The notes: generated by a model from the sequence alone, not told the origin. Shown: positions 36,508 to 46,645, numbered from the stretch's first letter. The stretch is 64,000 nt of DNA from Halieaceae bacterium (GCA_038143085.1 JAYQLG010000006.1:128113-192112); one strand, 5' to 3'. Translations and numbers: made by a program.

Positions 36508-38612
36508 ACGAACAACCGACAGACATCTTTGCACACCGGAAATATTGGGCGGAGTGCTTTGGACCGGCACCTTGGCTCCCCATGTCGCGTGCCGAAATGG
36601 ATGCGCTTGGCTGGGACAGTTGCGACATTATCATCGTGACAGGTGACGCCTACGTCGATCACCCGAGCTTCGGTATGGCTGTGGTTGGGCGCGTTCTTGA
36701 GGGTCAAGGATTTCGCGTCGGCATTATCTCGCAACCCGATTGGCGCAGCGCAGACGCATTCAAAGAACTGGGCAAACCCAACCTCTTCTTTGGAATCGCT
36801 GCTGGCAACATGGATTCCATGATCAATCACTACACCGCCGACAGAAAGCGCCGTAATGACGACGCTTACACCGCCGGTGATGTGTCCGGCAAACGCCCTG
36901 ACCGCGCTGTCACGGTTTATAGCCAACGGGCCCGTGAGGCCTACCGTGATGTACCCATTGTCATCGGCGGCATTGAAGCGAGTCTTCGTCGGATGGCCCA
37001 TTACGATTACTGGAGCGACAAAGTGAGACGCTCGGTTCTCGTGGATAGTAAGGCGGATATTCTGCTGTACGGCAATGCGGAGCGTGCCATCGTTGACTTA
37101 GCGCATGGACTGGCCAGTGGCAAAGAAATTGATGACCTACGTGATTTGCGAGGAACAGCCTTTCTCGTTTCAGAACCACTACCCGGCTATCGTGTCATTG
37201 ACTCAACATCAGTTGATGAGCCCGGAAAAGTCGAGCCGATGCTCAATCCCTACAACGGGATGGAACCTGAGGTCTGTGACAGCGAATCAACATCGGCCGG
37301 AGAGGCGCTCGTTCAAGAAGCTCAGCCAGTCTCGTTGATGGCAAGTAGCCGTCCCGATCGTGATGTCATTAGGCTTCCCAGCTTCGAAACAGTAAGAGAC
37401 GACCCCGTGCTCTATGCGCACGCCGCTCGCGTCATGCATAAAGAAACCAATCCACACAACGCGCTGGCACTCATTCAGGCACATGGTGATCGGGAGGTTT
37501 GGTTTAACCCACCGCCAATCCCGCTGTCGACGCCAGAACTCGATTGGGTATTCGAGCAACCCTATCAACGTCGCCCACACCCAACCTATGGAGATGCCAA
37601 AATCCCAGCGTTGGAGATGATTCAACACTCGGTAAACATCATGCGCGGCTGTTTTGGTGGTTGTACCTTCTGTTCCATTACCGAGCACGAAGGACGAATC
37701 ATTCAAAACCGCTCTGAGGATTCCATTGTCCGCGAAATCGAAAAGATTCGTGACACCAGCCCAAGCTTCACGGGCGTTATCTCGGATCTCGGTGGTCCCA
37801 CCGCTAATATGTGGCGCCTTGCGTGTAAAAGCGAAGAAATCGAAGCAAAGTGCCGGAAGTTAAGCTGCGTCTTCCCTGGTATTTGCAAAAATCTCAACAC
37901 CGATCAAACACCGTTGATACACCTTTACCGCCGAGCGCGCGCAGTCCCAGGAATTAAAAAGGTGTTGATCGCCTCGGGACTACGCTACGACATTGCGGTT
38001 GAAACACCCGAATACGTCAAAGAGCTTGTGACGCATCACGTAGGTGGCTATCTCAAGATTGCACCGGAGCACACAGAGGATGGCCCGTTAGACCAGATGA
38101 TGAAGCCTGGAATCGGAACCTACGACAATTTCAAAGAGCTGTTTGACAAGTACTCCAAGGCCGCCAACAAAAAGCAGTATCTAATCCCCTACTTCATCGC
38201 TGCGCACCCTGGAACGACCGACAATGACATGGTGAACCTCGCCTTATGGCTCAAACGCAACAAGTTCCGCGCCGATCAGGTTCAGACCTTCTATCCATCG
38301 CCAATGGCCTTAGCGACAGCGATGTATCACAGCGAGAAGAATCCACTCAAAAAAGTGGGTCGCGACAGCAAACAGGTTCCGTCCGTGAGAAGCATTAAAC
38401 AGCGTCGACTCCACAAGGCGTTTCTTCGATATCACGACCCTGACAACTGGCCTGCATTACGAGAGGCGCTCAAGAAGATTGGCCGTCGCGATCTCATTGG
38501 CAATGGCCCAATGCATTTGGTCCCCACGCGGCAGCCTCCAAAGCGGCACCGGGTGGTCAAGAACACTAAGGGCACCACACCTTTTCGAACCAAACATACA
38601 AAGCAGTTCTGA
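36504..38612 (+). CDS. ygiQ: YgiQ (UPF0313) radical SAM protein
   Basis: [12 protein letters not shown]-terminal motif, [26 protein letters not shown]. Confidence 0.9.
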   Translation: MNEQPTDIFAHRKYWAECFGPAPWLPMSRAEMDALGWDSCDIIIVTGDAYVDHPSFGMAVVGRVLEGQGFRVGIISQPDWRSADAFKELGKPNLFFGIAAGNMDSMINHYTADRKRRNDDAYTAGDVSGKRPDRAVTVYSQRAREAYRDVPIVIGGIEASLRRMAHYDYWSDKVRRSVLVDSKADILLYGNAERAIVDLAHGLASGKEIDDLRDLRGTAFLVSEPLPGYRVIDSTSVDEPGKVEPMLNPYNGMEPEVCDSESTSAGEALVQEAQPVSLMASSRPDRDVIRLPSFETVRDDPVLYAHAARVMHKETNPHNALALIQAHGDREVWFNPPPIPLSTPELDWVFEQPYQRRPHPTYGDAKIPALEMIQHSVNIMRGCFGGCTFCSITEHEGRIIQNRSEDSIVREIEKIRDTSPSFTGVISDLGGPTANMWRLACKSEEIEAKCRKLSCVFPGICKNLNTDQTPLIHLYRRARAVPGIKKVLIASGLRYDIAVETPEYVKELVTHHVGGYLKIAPEHTEDGPLDQMMKPGIGTYDNFKELFDKYSKAANKKQYLIPYFIAAHPGTTDNDMVNLALWLKRNKFRADQVQTFYPSPMALATAMYHSEKNPLKKVGRDSKQVPSVRSIKQRRLHKAFLRYHDPDNWPALREALKKIGRRDLIGNGPMHLVPTRQPPKRHRVVKNTKGTTPFRTKHTKQF

Positions 38613-38839
38613 TCAGAAACGTGTTGGCTGGCGTGCACTCCGCGAGCCAAATGCGCCGGATTTCCGGAAGGCATCTGTCAGCTGGAGGGCCTGTAAACGT
38701 AGCTGAGCCGCCATCCGGAACTGATATCCGATCATTTTCGGTCAAGTTGGCAGTAATGACGGCCATTTTGGGACATCTCTCAAAAATACTGCTAACTTTG
38801 TCCTCCTTAAATAAAACAAATAAACAACGAGGTACTCCA

Positions 38840-41404
38840 ATGCGGTTTTTATCAAAATCCCTGAGTGTAGCTGTGGTGGCTGCAATGAGTGTTCCAGCGC
38901 TTGCGCAAGACACAATGGAAGAAGTTGTCGTTACTGCGACTAAGCGATCTGAGTCAATACAAGATGTTCCCTTGGCCGTTAGTGTAGTAACTGGCGAAAT
39001 CATTGAACGTGCAGAAGTTCGTGATCTGTTGGACCTGCAGTCGGTTGTGCCCTCCCTGCGCGTACCGCAGTTCCAGAATTCCATTCAAACTAACTTCGTA
39101 ATAAGGGGCTTTGGTAACGGCGCCAATAATCCTGGCATCGAGCCGTCAGTTGCGGTCTTTGTCGATGGTGTTTACCTATCTCGATCGCAAGCCAGAATCT
39201 CAGACCTTCCTAACATTCAGCAAATTGAGGTGCTCAAGGGTCCGCAGAGCACGCTGTACGGAAAAAATGCATCGGCAGGCGTGATCTCAGTCACCACCAA
39301 AGCGCCCGAGTTTGAGAGTCGCGGCTCACTGGAAGTTGGCTTCGGCAACTACAGTCAGCAGTCCGTTCGCGGGTTCTACACAGGGCCTCTTTCCGACACG
39401 GTCGCTGTGAGTCTCTATGGTAGCTCGCTGCAAAGAGACGGCTACTTCGACAATGTCGTCACGGGTAGCGACCTAAACAACCGAGACCGATGGAATCTCA
39501 GGGCGGACATGCTCATTGAAACGAGTGAAGACAGTCAGCTCCGCATCATTGCAGACTATGATGAGCTCGATGAACGGTGTTGTGGTGTTGCCAATTTGAT
39601 CGACGGACCAGCAGGGCCAGCACTCGGTGCACTCTCGGTCATCCCAGGACAGGCCTACATTCCTGAAGATGCTTATAACTACAAGAGTTTCTTGAACTTG
39701 GATCCGGTAAATACGGGCGATAATTCTGGCATTACTTTGGATTATCAAACAACCTGGGGTGACGTTGATGTCCGCTCCATTACCGCGTACCGAGATTCAT
39801 ACCAATACAAGCCATCTGAGGATGTTGATTTCACTGCTGCTGATGCCATCGGCAACAGCACAGGGGAAACAGAAATTAAAACCTTCACACAGGAAATTCG
39901 TCTCACTGGCACCATGGGCAATGCCGACTGGTTGTTAGGTGGTTTCTACTTCGACGAATCTATTGATTTCGAAAACACCATTGAATTTGGATCGCAATGG
40001 AGAAACTACGTCAGTATTCTCGTTGGCGGGGCTGGTGGGATCGCGGCCGGTGCTGATGCCATTGGGGGCTTAGAAGCTCTGTTGGGTTATGACCCGGGAA
40101 CATTTTTCGCGGACGGCGATGGCGTGGTTGAAACTGCGACACAAGATAACGAGAGTTATTCCATATTTGGCCAAATGACATTCCCGCTCTCTGAGAAGAC
40201 CGACTTCACCATTGGGCTGAACTATTTACAGGACAAGAAAGACGTCACGTTGTCTCAAGAAAACAACGACGTGTTTTCCAATCTTGCCTTGAGAGGTGCC
40301 GATGGCGTGACAGCGCTAACGAATCTCGCGTACTCAGGAGGATTTTTCGCGTCTTTGGGAATACCTCCAATTACGGCAGTCCCTCAGGCCGGTTTGCCTG
40401 CATACCTACAAACGGTAGCCGCGACTGCAGCCGCGATTGCACCCACAGACAACAACCCCTTTGTCGGTTTTCAAGCACTGCAGTTTCTGCCACAGGTTCT
40501 GGGATTCCCTAACCAAGCAGAGCCTGGAACGTCCGACGACAGTAAAACTACTTACACAGCAAGTCTGTCGCACGCATTTACGGATGATCTAAATGTATAT
40601 CTCACCTACGGTACGGGCTTCAAAGGCACGTCCTGGAACCTGTCGCGCGATAGTCTCCCGACGGCAGAAGAGCGCGATGGCATCCTTGCTGCCGGTGGCA
40701 CGTTACCCAACAATCTGGAGACAGGAACGCGTTTGGCGGGCCCTGAAGAAGCTGAGACCATTGAGTTAGGCTTCAAGTACTCAACCGATTGGGGCACCTT
40801 AAACGCAGCTTTGTTTGACCAAAGCATCACTGGGTTCCAGCAGAACGCGTTTTTGGGAACGGGTTTTGCCTTAAGAAACGCAGGTAAACAATCAACAGAG
40901 GGTGCGGAGATCGATTTGACGGTTCGCGCGACAGATTCCCTAACGATGATGCTGTCAGCCGTATACTTGGACCCAATCTACGACGATTTCAGGGGTGCTC
41001 AGCTTAATGGTCAACCCGCCGACTTTACCGGACGTAAACCCGCGGGGATCCACGAACTAAGTCTCAGCGCAATGGTTACCTATAATTTCAGTGTCAACGG
41101 TATGGACGGCTTCATCCAAGCGGATTACCAGCATGATAGTGCAGTCGATATTCGTGCCGCGGGTGACCTGAATAATGCGAACCTTTTATTGGGCGCGCGA
41201 GGCTTCCGCGAGCGCGAAGTGAGTATGGTTAATGCGAGCTTCGGCTTATCGCGAGGTGACTGGGACCTTCGAGTATGGGGCAGAAACTTGACGGATGATC
41301 AATGGCTGATTACCAACTTCCCAGGTGTAGCCCAAACAGGTACTTGGACTGGTTATGGAAATCAGCCTCGCACCTATGGAGCGACTCTAAAACGTAACTT
41401 CTAA
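38840..41404 (+). CDS. TonB-dependent outer-membrane receptor
   Basis: Signal peptide (...PALA/Q), TonB box EEVVVTA, plug IEVLKGPQSTLYGKNASAGVI, C-terminal Phe. RBS GAGG before ATG 38840. Confidence 0.93.
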   Translation: MRFLSKSLSVAVVAAMSVPALAQDTMEEVVVTATKRSESIQDVPLAVSVVTGEIIERAEVRDLLDLQSVVPSLRVPQFQNSIQTNFVIRGFGNGANNPGIEPSVAVFVDGVYLSRSQARISDLPNIQQIEVLKGPQSTLYGKNASAGVISVTTKAPEFESRGSLEVGFGNYSQQSVRGFYTGPLSDTVAVSLYGSSLQRDGYFDNVVTGSDLNNRDRWNLRADMLIETSEDSQLRIIADYDELDERCCGVANLIDGPAGPALGALSVIPGQAYIPEDAYNYKSFLNLDPVNTGDNSGITLDYQTTWGDVDVRSITAYRDSYQYKPSEDVDFTAADAIGNSTGETEIKTFTQEIRLTGTMGNADWLLGGFYFDESIDFENTIEFGSQWRNYVSILVGGAGGIAAGADAIGGLEALLGYDPGTFFADGDGVVETATQDNESYSIFGQMTFPLSEKTDFTIGLNYLQDKKDVTLSQENNDVFSNLALRGADGVTALTNLAYSGGFFASLGIPPITAVPQAGLPAYLQTVAATAAAIAPTDNNPFVGFQALQFLPQVLGFPNQAEPGTSDDSKTTYTASLSHAFTDDLNVYLTYGTGFKGTSWNLSRDSLPTAEERDGILAAGGTLPNNLETGTRLAGPEEAETIELGFKYSTDWGTLNAALFDQSITGFQQNAFLGTGFALRNAGKQSTEGAEIDLTVRATDSLTMMLSAVYLDPIYDDFRGAQLNGQPADFTGRKPAGIHELSLSAMVTYNFSVNGMDGFIQADYQHDSAVDIRAAGDLNNANLLLGARGFREREVSMVNASFGLSRGDWDLRVWGRNLTDDQWLITNFPGVAQTGTWTGYGNQPRTYGATLKRNF

Positions 41405-41419
41405 GCTACGCTTGCCTGG

Positions 41420-42319
41420 CTAGTTCAGGCAAGACTGAATAAACGCCCCGAGGAGACTAAACTCATGCTTCCGGGGCGTTTTTTTTCGCCACATCAAACC
41501 GATCTGCCGGCCTACATCGGGTTCATCAAACGGACGAAGAACGAGGTCCGTCCCCTCGGCAATGCCAGCATCGGTGGCCATCTTGGGCAACAACGTGGTT
41601 CCAATGCCATTGGCAACCATTTGAACAATCGTCGTAAGACTGGTCGCTTGATACGGCACGGTGACATCTTTCTCCCTCAGCTTACAGGCCTCCAGTGCAT
41701 GATCGCGAAGGCAATGACCTTCCTCCAACAGAAGCATCTCTGCGCCTTGTAAGTCCTTGGTTTTCAGCTTCTGACTCAAAGCGAGCCTCGAGTTGGGCAA
41801 GGTCGCGAGATAGAAGGGATCTTCAAAAAGTGTCAGCGTATCCGTGTGTTCCGCAGGAAACGGTAGAGCAAGCAAAAGCACATCGAGCTCTCCCACCTGA
41901 AGTGCGTTCACCAGAGCCTGAGATAAATCTTCGCGCACAAATAACTTACAGGCGGGATGCGCCGAGCGCAGTGCCTTGAGCATGGAAGGCAGGACAAACG
42001 GCGCTATAGTGGGGATGACGCCCAAGCGAATCGTCCCTTGAAATGGCTCCCTTGACGCCTCGCATAGAGCCACCACGTCATCTACATCGGTCAGGACTGC
42101 ACGTGCCCGGGCAACGACTTCATTTCCCAAAGCTGTGAGCAGCACCGAGCGGTTATTCCGCTCAACCAGGCTCGCCGAGAGGACATCCTCCAACTCAACA
42201 ATCGAGGCGCTCAAGGTGCTCTGGCTGACATGGCATGCCTTGGCCGCCTGACCGAAATGCTGGTGCTCTGCGACAGCACAGAGGTACTTAAGCTGCTTTA
42301 ACGTAGGTTGCCGCGACAC
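41420..42319 (-). CDS. oxyR: Hydrogen-peroxide-sensing LysR regulator OxyR
   Basis: LysR HTH, GVIPTIAP, EEGHCLRDHALEAC with both redox Cys at OxyR spacing. Probable GTG start at 42319 after GGAG. Confidence 0.88.
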   Translation of the reverse strand: MSRQPTLKQLKYLCAVAEHQHFGQAAKACHVSQSTLSASIVELEDVLSASLVERNNRSVLLTALGNEVVARARAVLTDVDDVVALCEASREPFQGTIRLGVIPTIAPFVLPSMLKALRSAHPACKLFVREDLSQALVNALQVGELDVLLLALPFPAEHTDTLTLFEDPFYLATLPNSRLALSQKLKTKDLQGAEMLLLEEGHCLRDHALEACKLREKDVTVPYQATSLTTIVQMVANGIGTTLLPKMATDAGIAEGTDLVLRPFDEPDVGRQIGLMWRKKTPRKHEFSLLGAFIQSCLN

Positions 42320-42358
42320 GGTCACTCCATCGATCTTGTCGTATATTTGTCCCATATA

Positions 42359-42377
42359 CGATCGGAAAAATCGATCG
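42359..42377. promoter_or_regulatory. LysR/OxyR-type operator candidate in the divergent oxyR-rubrerythrin promoter
   Basis: CGATCG-GAAAAAT-CGATCG, i.e. ATCG-N7-CGAT (T-N11-A). Confidence 0.55.
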
Positions 42378-42489
42378 GTTTTGCCAGCTTTTTTTGGAAC
42401 CATTTTGATACCAAGGCGGTATAGTACTCAGGCTGCCGGTGATTCGGCGGCGTCATGACGTCATACGATCAACAATGGAGTAAAAAACA

Positions 42490-42909
42490 ATGGAACTGAA
42501 AGGTAGCCAAACCGAACAGAACCTAAAGGACGCCTTCGCAGGTGAGTCTCAAGCAAATCGTCGCTACCTCTACTTCGCCTCAAAGGCAGACGTAGAAGGC
42601 TACAACGATGTCGCAGCCGTTTTCCGCTCAACTGCGGAAGGTGAGACTGGCCACGCTCACGGCCACCTTGAGTACCTTGAAGCTGTCGGCGATCCAGCGA
42701 CTGGTTTGCCAATGGGCGACACTGTAAAGAACCTCGAAGCATCAATCGCTGGCGAAACCCACGAGTACACTGACATGTACCCAGGTATGGCAAAGACAGC
42801 GCGCGACGAAGGTTTTGATGAAATCGCAGACTGGTTCGAAACACTGGCGAAAGCAGAGCGTAGCCACGCGAATCGTTTCCAGAAAGCACTCGATAACCTC
42901 GACGCCTAA
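42490..42909 (+). CDS. Short rubrerythrin (ferritin-like di-iron domain only, no rubredoxin domain)
   Basis: [36 protein letters not shown]; 139 aa with no C-terminal CxxC pairs. Confidence 0.92.
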   Translation: MELKGSQTEQNLKDAFAGESQANRRYLYFASKADVEGYNDVAAVFRSTAEGETGHAHGHLEYLEAVGDPATGLPMGDTVKNLEASIAGETHEYTDMYPGMAKTARDEGFDEIADWFETLAKAERSHANRFQKALDNLDA

Positions 42910-42930
42910 GTCTGGGTCTACTTGAGTTCT

Positions 42931-42954
42931 GGGGGGACTTTGGTCCCCCCTTTT
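42931..42954 (+). terminator. GC hairpin with short U-tract between rubrerythrin and the Fe-S oxidoreductase
   Basis: GGGGGGAC-TTTG-GTCCCCCC-TTTT. Confidence 0.7.
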
Positions 42955-42987
42955 GGTTCAAATCACTTTCAACAGAGGCAACAGTAC

Positions 42988-44316
42988 ATGCGCGAAGGTA
43001 GCGTCGATGCACCCACTCGTCACCCGATAGAATGGAAAACGGAAGCGTTTTGGGACCGTGACTCGCTCAATGATGAGCTTGCACGTGTCTACGATGTCTG
43101 CCACGGCTGCAGACGTTGTGTCAGCCTATGTGACTCGTTCCCTACCCTTTTTGACCTTATCGACGAGTCCGAAACGCTCGAGGTCGATGGGGTTGCACTC
43201 GACGATTACGACAAGGTCGTCGATCAGTGCTACATGTGCGACCTGTGTTACCTCACAAAGTGCCCCTATGTTCCACCCCACGAATTCAATGTCGACTTTC
43301 CACACTTGATGTTGCGAGCAAAAGCTCAAAACTTCAAAACGAAAGGCGCAAAACTCCGCGATAAGGTCCTGACATCAACCGATGCCCTGATGAGCGGAAT
43401 ATCAATGATCCCACTCGTAGACGTTACGGCGAATGCGCTCAACAACAATGGGGCTTTTAGAAAGGCCCTAGAGAGTACATTCGATATCGCGGCCGAGGCG
43501 CCTTTACCCGAGATTCATCGAAACACCCTGATCAAGCGGGCCAAAAAGCTGATCACGGACATCGAAGCAACACCGATTGGCGCCACCACGGGCAAGCTTG
43601 CGCTTTATGCGACCTGCTACGGTAATTACAGCAGTCCTTCCATCGGCGAAGATTTCATAAAGGTCTTCCAGCACAACGACGTCAGCATTGACGTGATTCC
43701 AAAGGAGAAGTGTTGTGGCATGCCAAAGCTTGAGCTCGGTGATCTGGACGCAGTAGAGGCATTAAAGGAAGCCAATATTCCTTTGCTCGCGAGCCTAGTA
43801 GACCAGGGGTACGACCTCACGGCACCGATTCCGTCTTGCGTACTGATGTACAAGCAGGAGCTTCCTTTGCTCTTCCCAGACGACCCGGATGTGCAGAAGG
43901 TCAAAGCCGCCTTTTATGACCCATTCGAATATCTTTGGATGCGCCATAAGGGAGAAGCGTTTAAAACGAATTTCGCTGAGAGTCTCGGTAATATCGCCTA
44001 TCAGGTGGCCTGCCACCAGAGAGTCCAAAACATTGGGCTCAAGACGCGCGATATTCTCTCGCTCATCGAAGAGACGACGGTTATCGCACACGAGCGATGC
44101 TCAGGACATGACGGCACCTATGCTGTCAAAAAGGAAACCCGCGACAAGTCCGTTAAAATTGCGCGACCAACGGTACGCAAAGTGAACGACCAGAAGCCCG
44201 ATCATTTTATTTCAGACTGCCCCATGGCCGGAGAGCATATCGCGCACCTTGCCGATGGGGTGGATAGTGCACAACACCCTATGACGTTGCTGCGCATAGC
44301 GTACGGCCTTAAGTAA
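42988..44316 (+). CDS. Rubrerythrin-associated Fe-S oxidoreductase (GlpC/HdrD-like, 4Fe-4S plus CCG domains)
   Basis: CHGCRRCVSLC, CYMCDLCYLTKCP, KCCGMP, RCSGHDG, DCP. Start ATG 42988. Confidence 0.85.
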   Translation: MREGSVDAPTRHPIEWKTEAFWDRDSLNDELARVYDVCHGCRRCVSLCDSFPTLFDLIDESETLEVDGVALDDYDKVVDQCYMCDLCYLTKCPYVPPHEFNVDFPHLMLRAKAQNFKTKGAKLRDKVLTSTDALMSGISMIPLVDVTANALNNNGAFRKALESTFDIAAEAPLPEIHRNTLIKRAKKLITDIEATPIGATTGKLALYATCYGNYSSPSIGEDFIKVFQHNDVSIDVIPKEKCCGMPKLELGDLDAVEALKEANIPLLASLVDQGYDLTAPIPSCVLMYKQELPLLFPDDPDVQKVKAAFYDPFEYLWMRHKGEAFKTNFAESLGNIAYQVACHQRVQNIGLKTRDILSLIEETTVIAHERCSGHDGTYAVKKETRDKSVKIARPTVRKVNDQKPDHFISDCPMAGEHIAHLADGVDSAQHPMTLLRIAYGLK

Positions 44317-44329
44317 CAAGGAGATTGAC

Positions 44330-44926
44330 ATGTCACATCTGACCCGAAGCGACCTGTGGTCGCTAGAGCAGTACTCGGAGCAACGCGATAACTTTCGTGC
44401 TGAGGTACTAGCACACAAGAAGAATCGTCAGCTGGCGCTAGGCGACAACGCACGCATCTACTTCGAGGATGCGGTCACGATTCGCTACCAGATTCAGGAA
44501 ATGCTTCGAATCGAGAAAGTGTTTGATGTTGCTGGCATTGAAGAGGAGCTAGCCGCCTATAACCCGCTGATTCCTGATGGAACCAACTGGAAAGCGACGT
44601 TCATGATCGAGTTCGGCGACCCCGCTGTCCGAGCTGAACGACTGCGTGAAATGCGTGGTATTGAGAATTGCATCAACCTCGAAATCGAGGGTCACGGCAT
44701 CGCCCAGGTTATTGCTGACGAAGACCTCGAGCGCGAAACTGACGAGAAAACCTCGGCCGTCCACTTCATGCGCTTCGAACTATCCAGTGAGCAAATCGCA
44801 GCTCTGAAAGACGGTGCCAAGCTTTTTGCCAGTGTCGAGCACGCCGCATACCCGATCGCACGCTTTGAAATAGCCCAAACAACACGCGACGCATTAACCA
44901 AGGACTTGGTTCTCGTATCCCACTGA
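44330..44926 (+). CDS. DUF3501 family protein
   Basis: YQIQEMLRIE, AYNPLIP, KATFMIE, KTSAVHF; standard position after rubrerythrin and the Fe-S oxidoreductase. Confidence 0.85.
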   Translation: MSHLTRSDLWSLEQYSEQRDNFRAEVLAHKKNRQLALGDNARIYFEDAVTIRYQIQEMLRIEKVFDVAGIEEELAAYNPLIPDGTNWKATFMIEFGDPAVRAERLREMRGIENCINLEIEGHGIAQVIADEDLERETDEKTSAVHFMRFELSSEQIAALKDGAKLFASVEHAAYPIARFEIAQTTRDALTKDLVLVSH

Positions 44927-44949
44927 GATCTATGTGGTCAGTGCAAGTG

Positions 44950-44976
44950 AAAAGAGGCGCCTGGCGCCTTTTTTTT
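44950..44976 (+). terminator. Rho-independent terminator, probably bidirectional
   Basis: AAAAG-AGGCGC-CTG-GCGCCT-TTTTTTT, between convergent genes. Confidence 0.8.
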
Positions 44977-45105
44977 ATCGCGCTTCACAAGACACCGTAT
45001 TTTTCTGGTCATAGCTTAAAGTGTCGGCCGCGATGGACCTGAGTTTGGCCCGATTAGAAAGTCAGTCTGCTCTGCGGTCCAAAGCCGTTCAAAAACCATG
45101 AACAC

Positions 45106-46356
45106 TCAATATCGGTTCTTAGTATCAAATACCCTGTCTGCACGAAACGGCTGAAGCAAGGCCATCTCGACCCCGTCTGCCAATTCACGAGCGACCAAGT
45201 CTCCCGTAATGGCGGCCAGTGAAACACCGCTGTGCATGATGGCCACGTATACGTGGTCATCCGTAGGGCTGGGACCAATGACAGGGTGACCATCAACAGG
45301 TAATGGTCGCCACCCAATCATGACTTCATCGACCTCTGCCTCCCCTATGCTCGGCAAATAGTCACGAGTCGTCGCGAGTAGGCGCTGAGCATGCTGGTCT
45401 GCCACCGAATCATCAGGAAACCGTTTGGGTCGGTCAGCCAGCCGCGCAGCATGCGCTGCGTTATCGGGTGCACCTTCCTGCTCACCGATGACCAGTCTTC
45501 CGTCCATCCTCTGATGGATATGGATACCCGGTGCGACAAGTATTCCACGCAATAGCGGTTTTACCGGGCGTGTCACGACAATGACGCCGGGGGTTGATCG
45601 CTGCGGGAGATCAAACCCAGCAAAGCGCTGGACGGCTGCCGGGTCTGGACCCGTCGCGAGTACAACGCGATCTGCCTCAATGGGCCCACAAGTCGTTCGG
45701 AGTAACTTCCCTTTATCATCGCTGGAATCGTCAACATCCAGCACCTCGCACCGCTCTAGGACTTGAGCGCCCTGCTGAATCGCAGCAGCCACCAAAGCCT
45801 TCGATACGAGCACGGGATCTATCGCTCCATCGCGCGGGGAAGACGCAACCTGCGTCGCTCCCTGAAAATTAACAGCAGGTTCACGTGCTTGCGCCTCAGC
45901 ACCCGTTAATATGCGTGCTGGCTCTCCCCACGCTTGCTGCTCGGTAATATCGCTGGCAAGACGCGCCTGTCGGCTCTCGCCAGCAAACCACTCGAGAGAA
46001 CCGCCCCAGACGATGGGTAGATCTAGATCTTTCTGTAGCCGATGCCAACTGCTCACACCGTGTTGGGAAAACGCGTGGTAGTGCCTCGGCTGCTTAGCCC
46101 ATGTCGCGTTAATCCATGCGAAGGTGCCGTGACTAGCACCACTTGCCACCGTCTCTCGCTCTATGAGTGTTACCCGCACCCCAAGCTTTGATAAATGGTA
46201 GGCAATTGAGCTTCCGACAATTCCGGCACCGATGACCGCTACGTGTTTGTTGTCGCCTTTTTGTTTTCCGAAAACGGGGCCTGAAGCGCCGGCGACAGAT
46301 GAGGCAGCCAACCACTGATTGAAGCGTCGTCGATTCACGCCCTTCGGACTTCGCAT
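45106..46356 (-). CDS. FAD-dependent oxidoreductase (DAO / glycine-sarcosine oxidase superfamily) with Tat signal
   Basis: NRRRFN twin-arginine followed by an h-region, GAGIVG, GWRP, HSGV. GGAGG RBS before ATG 46356. Confidence 0.8.
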   Translation of the reverse strand: MRSPKGVNRRRFNQWLAASSVAGASGPVFGKQKGDNKHVAVIGAGIVGSSIAYHLSKLGVRVTLIERETVASGASHGTFAWINATWAKQPRHYHAFSQHGVSSWHRLQKDLDLPIVWGGSLEWFAGESRQARLASDITEQQAWGEPARILTGAEAQAREPAVNFQGATQVASSPRDGAIDPVLVSKALVAAAIQQGAQVLERCEVLDVDDSSDDKGKLLRTTCGPIEADRVVLATGPDPAAVQRFAGFDLPQRSTPGVIVVTRPVKPLLRGILVAPGIHIHQRMDGRLVIGEQEGAPDNAAHAARLADRPKRFPDDSVADQHAQRLLATTRDYLPSIGEAEVDEVMIGWRPLPVDGHPVIGPSPTDDHVYVAIMHSGVSLAAITGDLVARELADGVEMALLQPFRADRVFDTKNRY

Positions 46357-46645
46357 TCCACCTCCAATTTCATTACTCGCCTTCTTTCTGCTCATATCGT
46401 CGATACTTTTTTCACTGCTTGTTTTCACTGCTTTGCTTTTTACGCTTCGTCTGGCGATTACCTAAACACCTACCCTGCAGGAACCTTCGCGCGCCCGAAG
46501 AACGCTAGAAATCGTAATGTTGAATTTCAACATTCGAACACGTTGCCAGAAAACTGGACAGCAGTTAATCGCGCAATCGGATGATGTAGCGATGAGTCCG
46601 GCGATTGCGCTACCCTGTGGCTCCCCAGTCGAGAGGCCCTTTGCC

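Noticed and set aside
38621-38839. 73-codon in-frame upstream extension of the TonB receptor, or a cobalamin riboswitch in this leader
   Set aside because: The signal peptide and RBS fit ATG 38840; no B12-box or other riboswitch consensus is visible.
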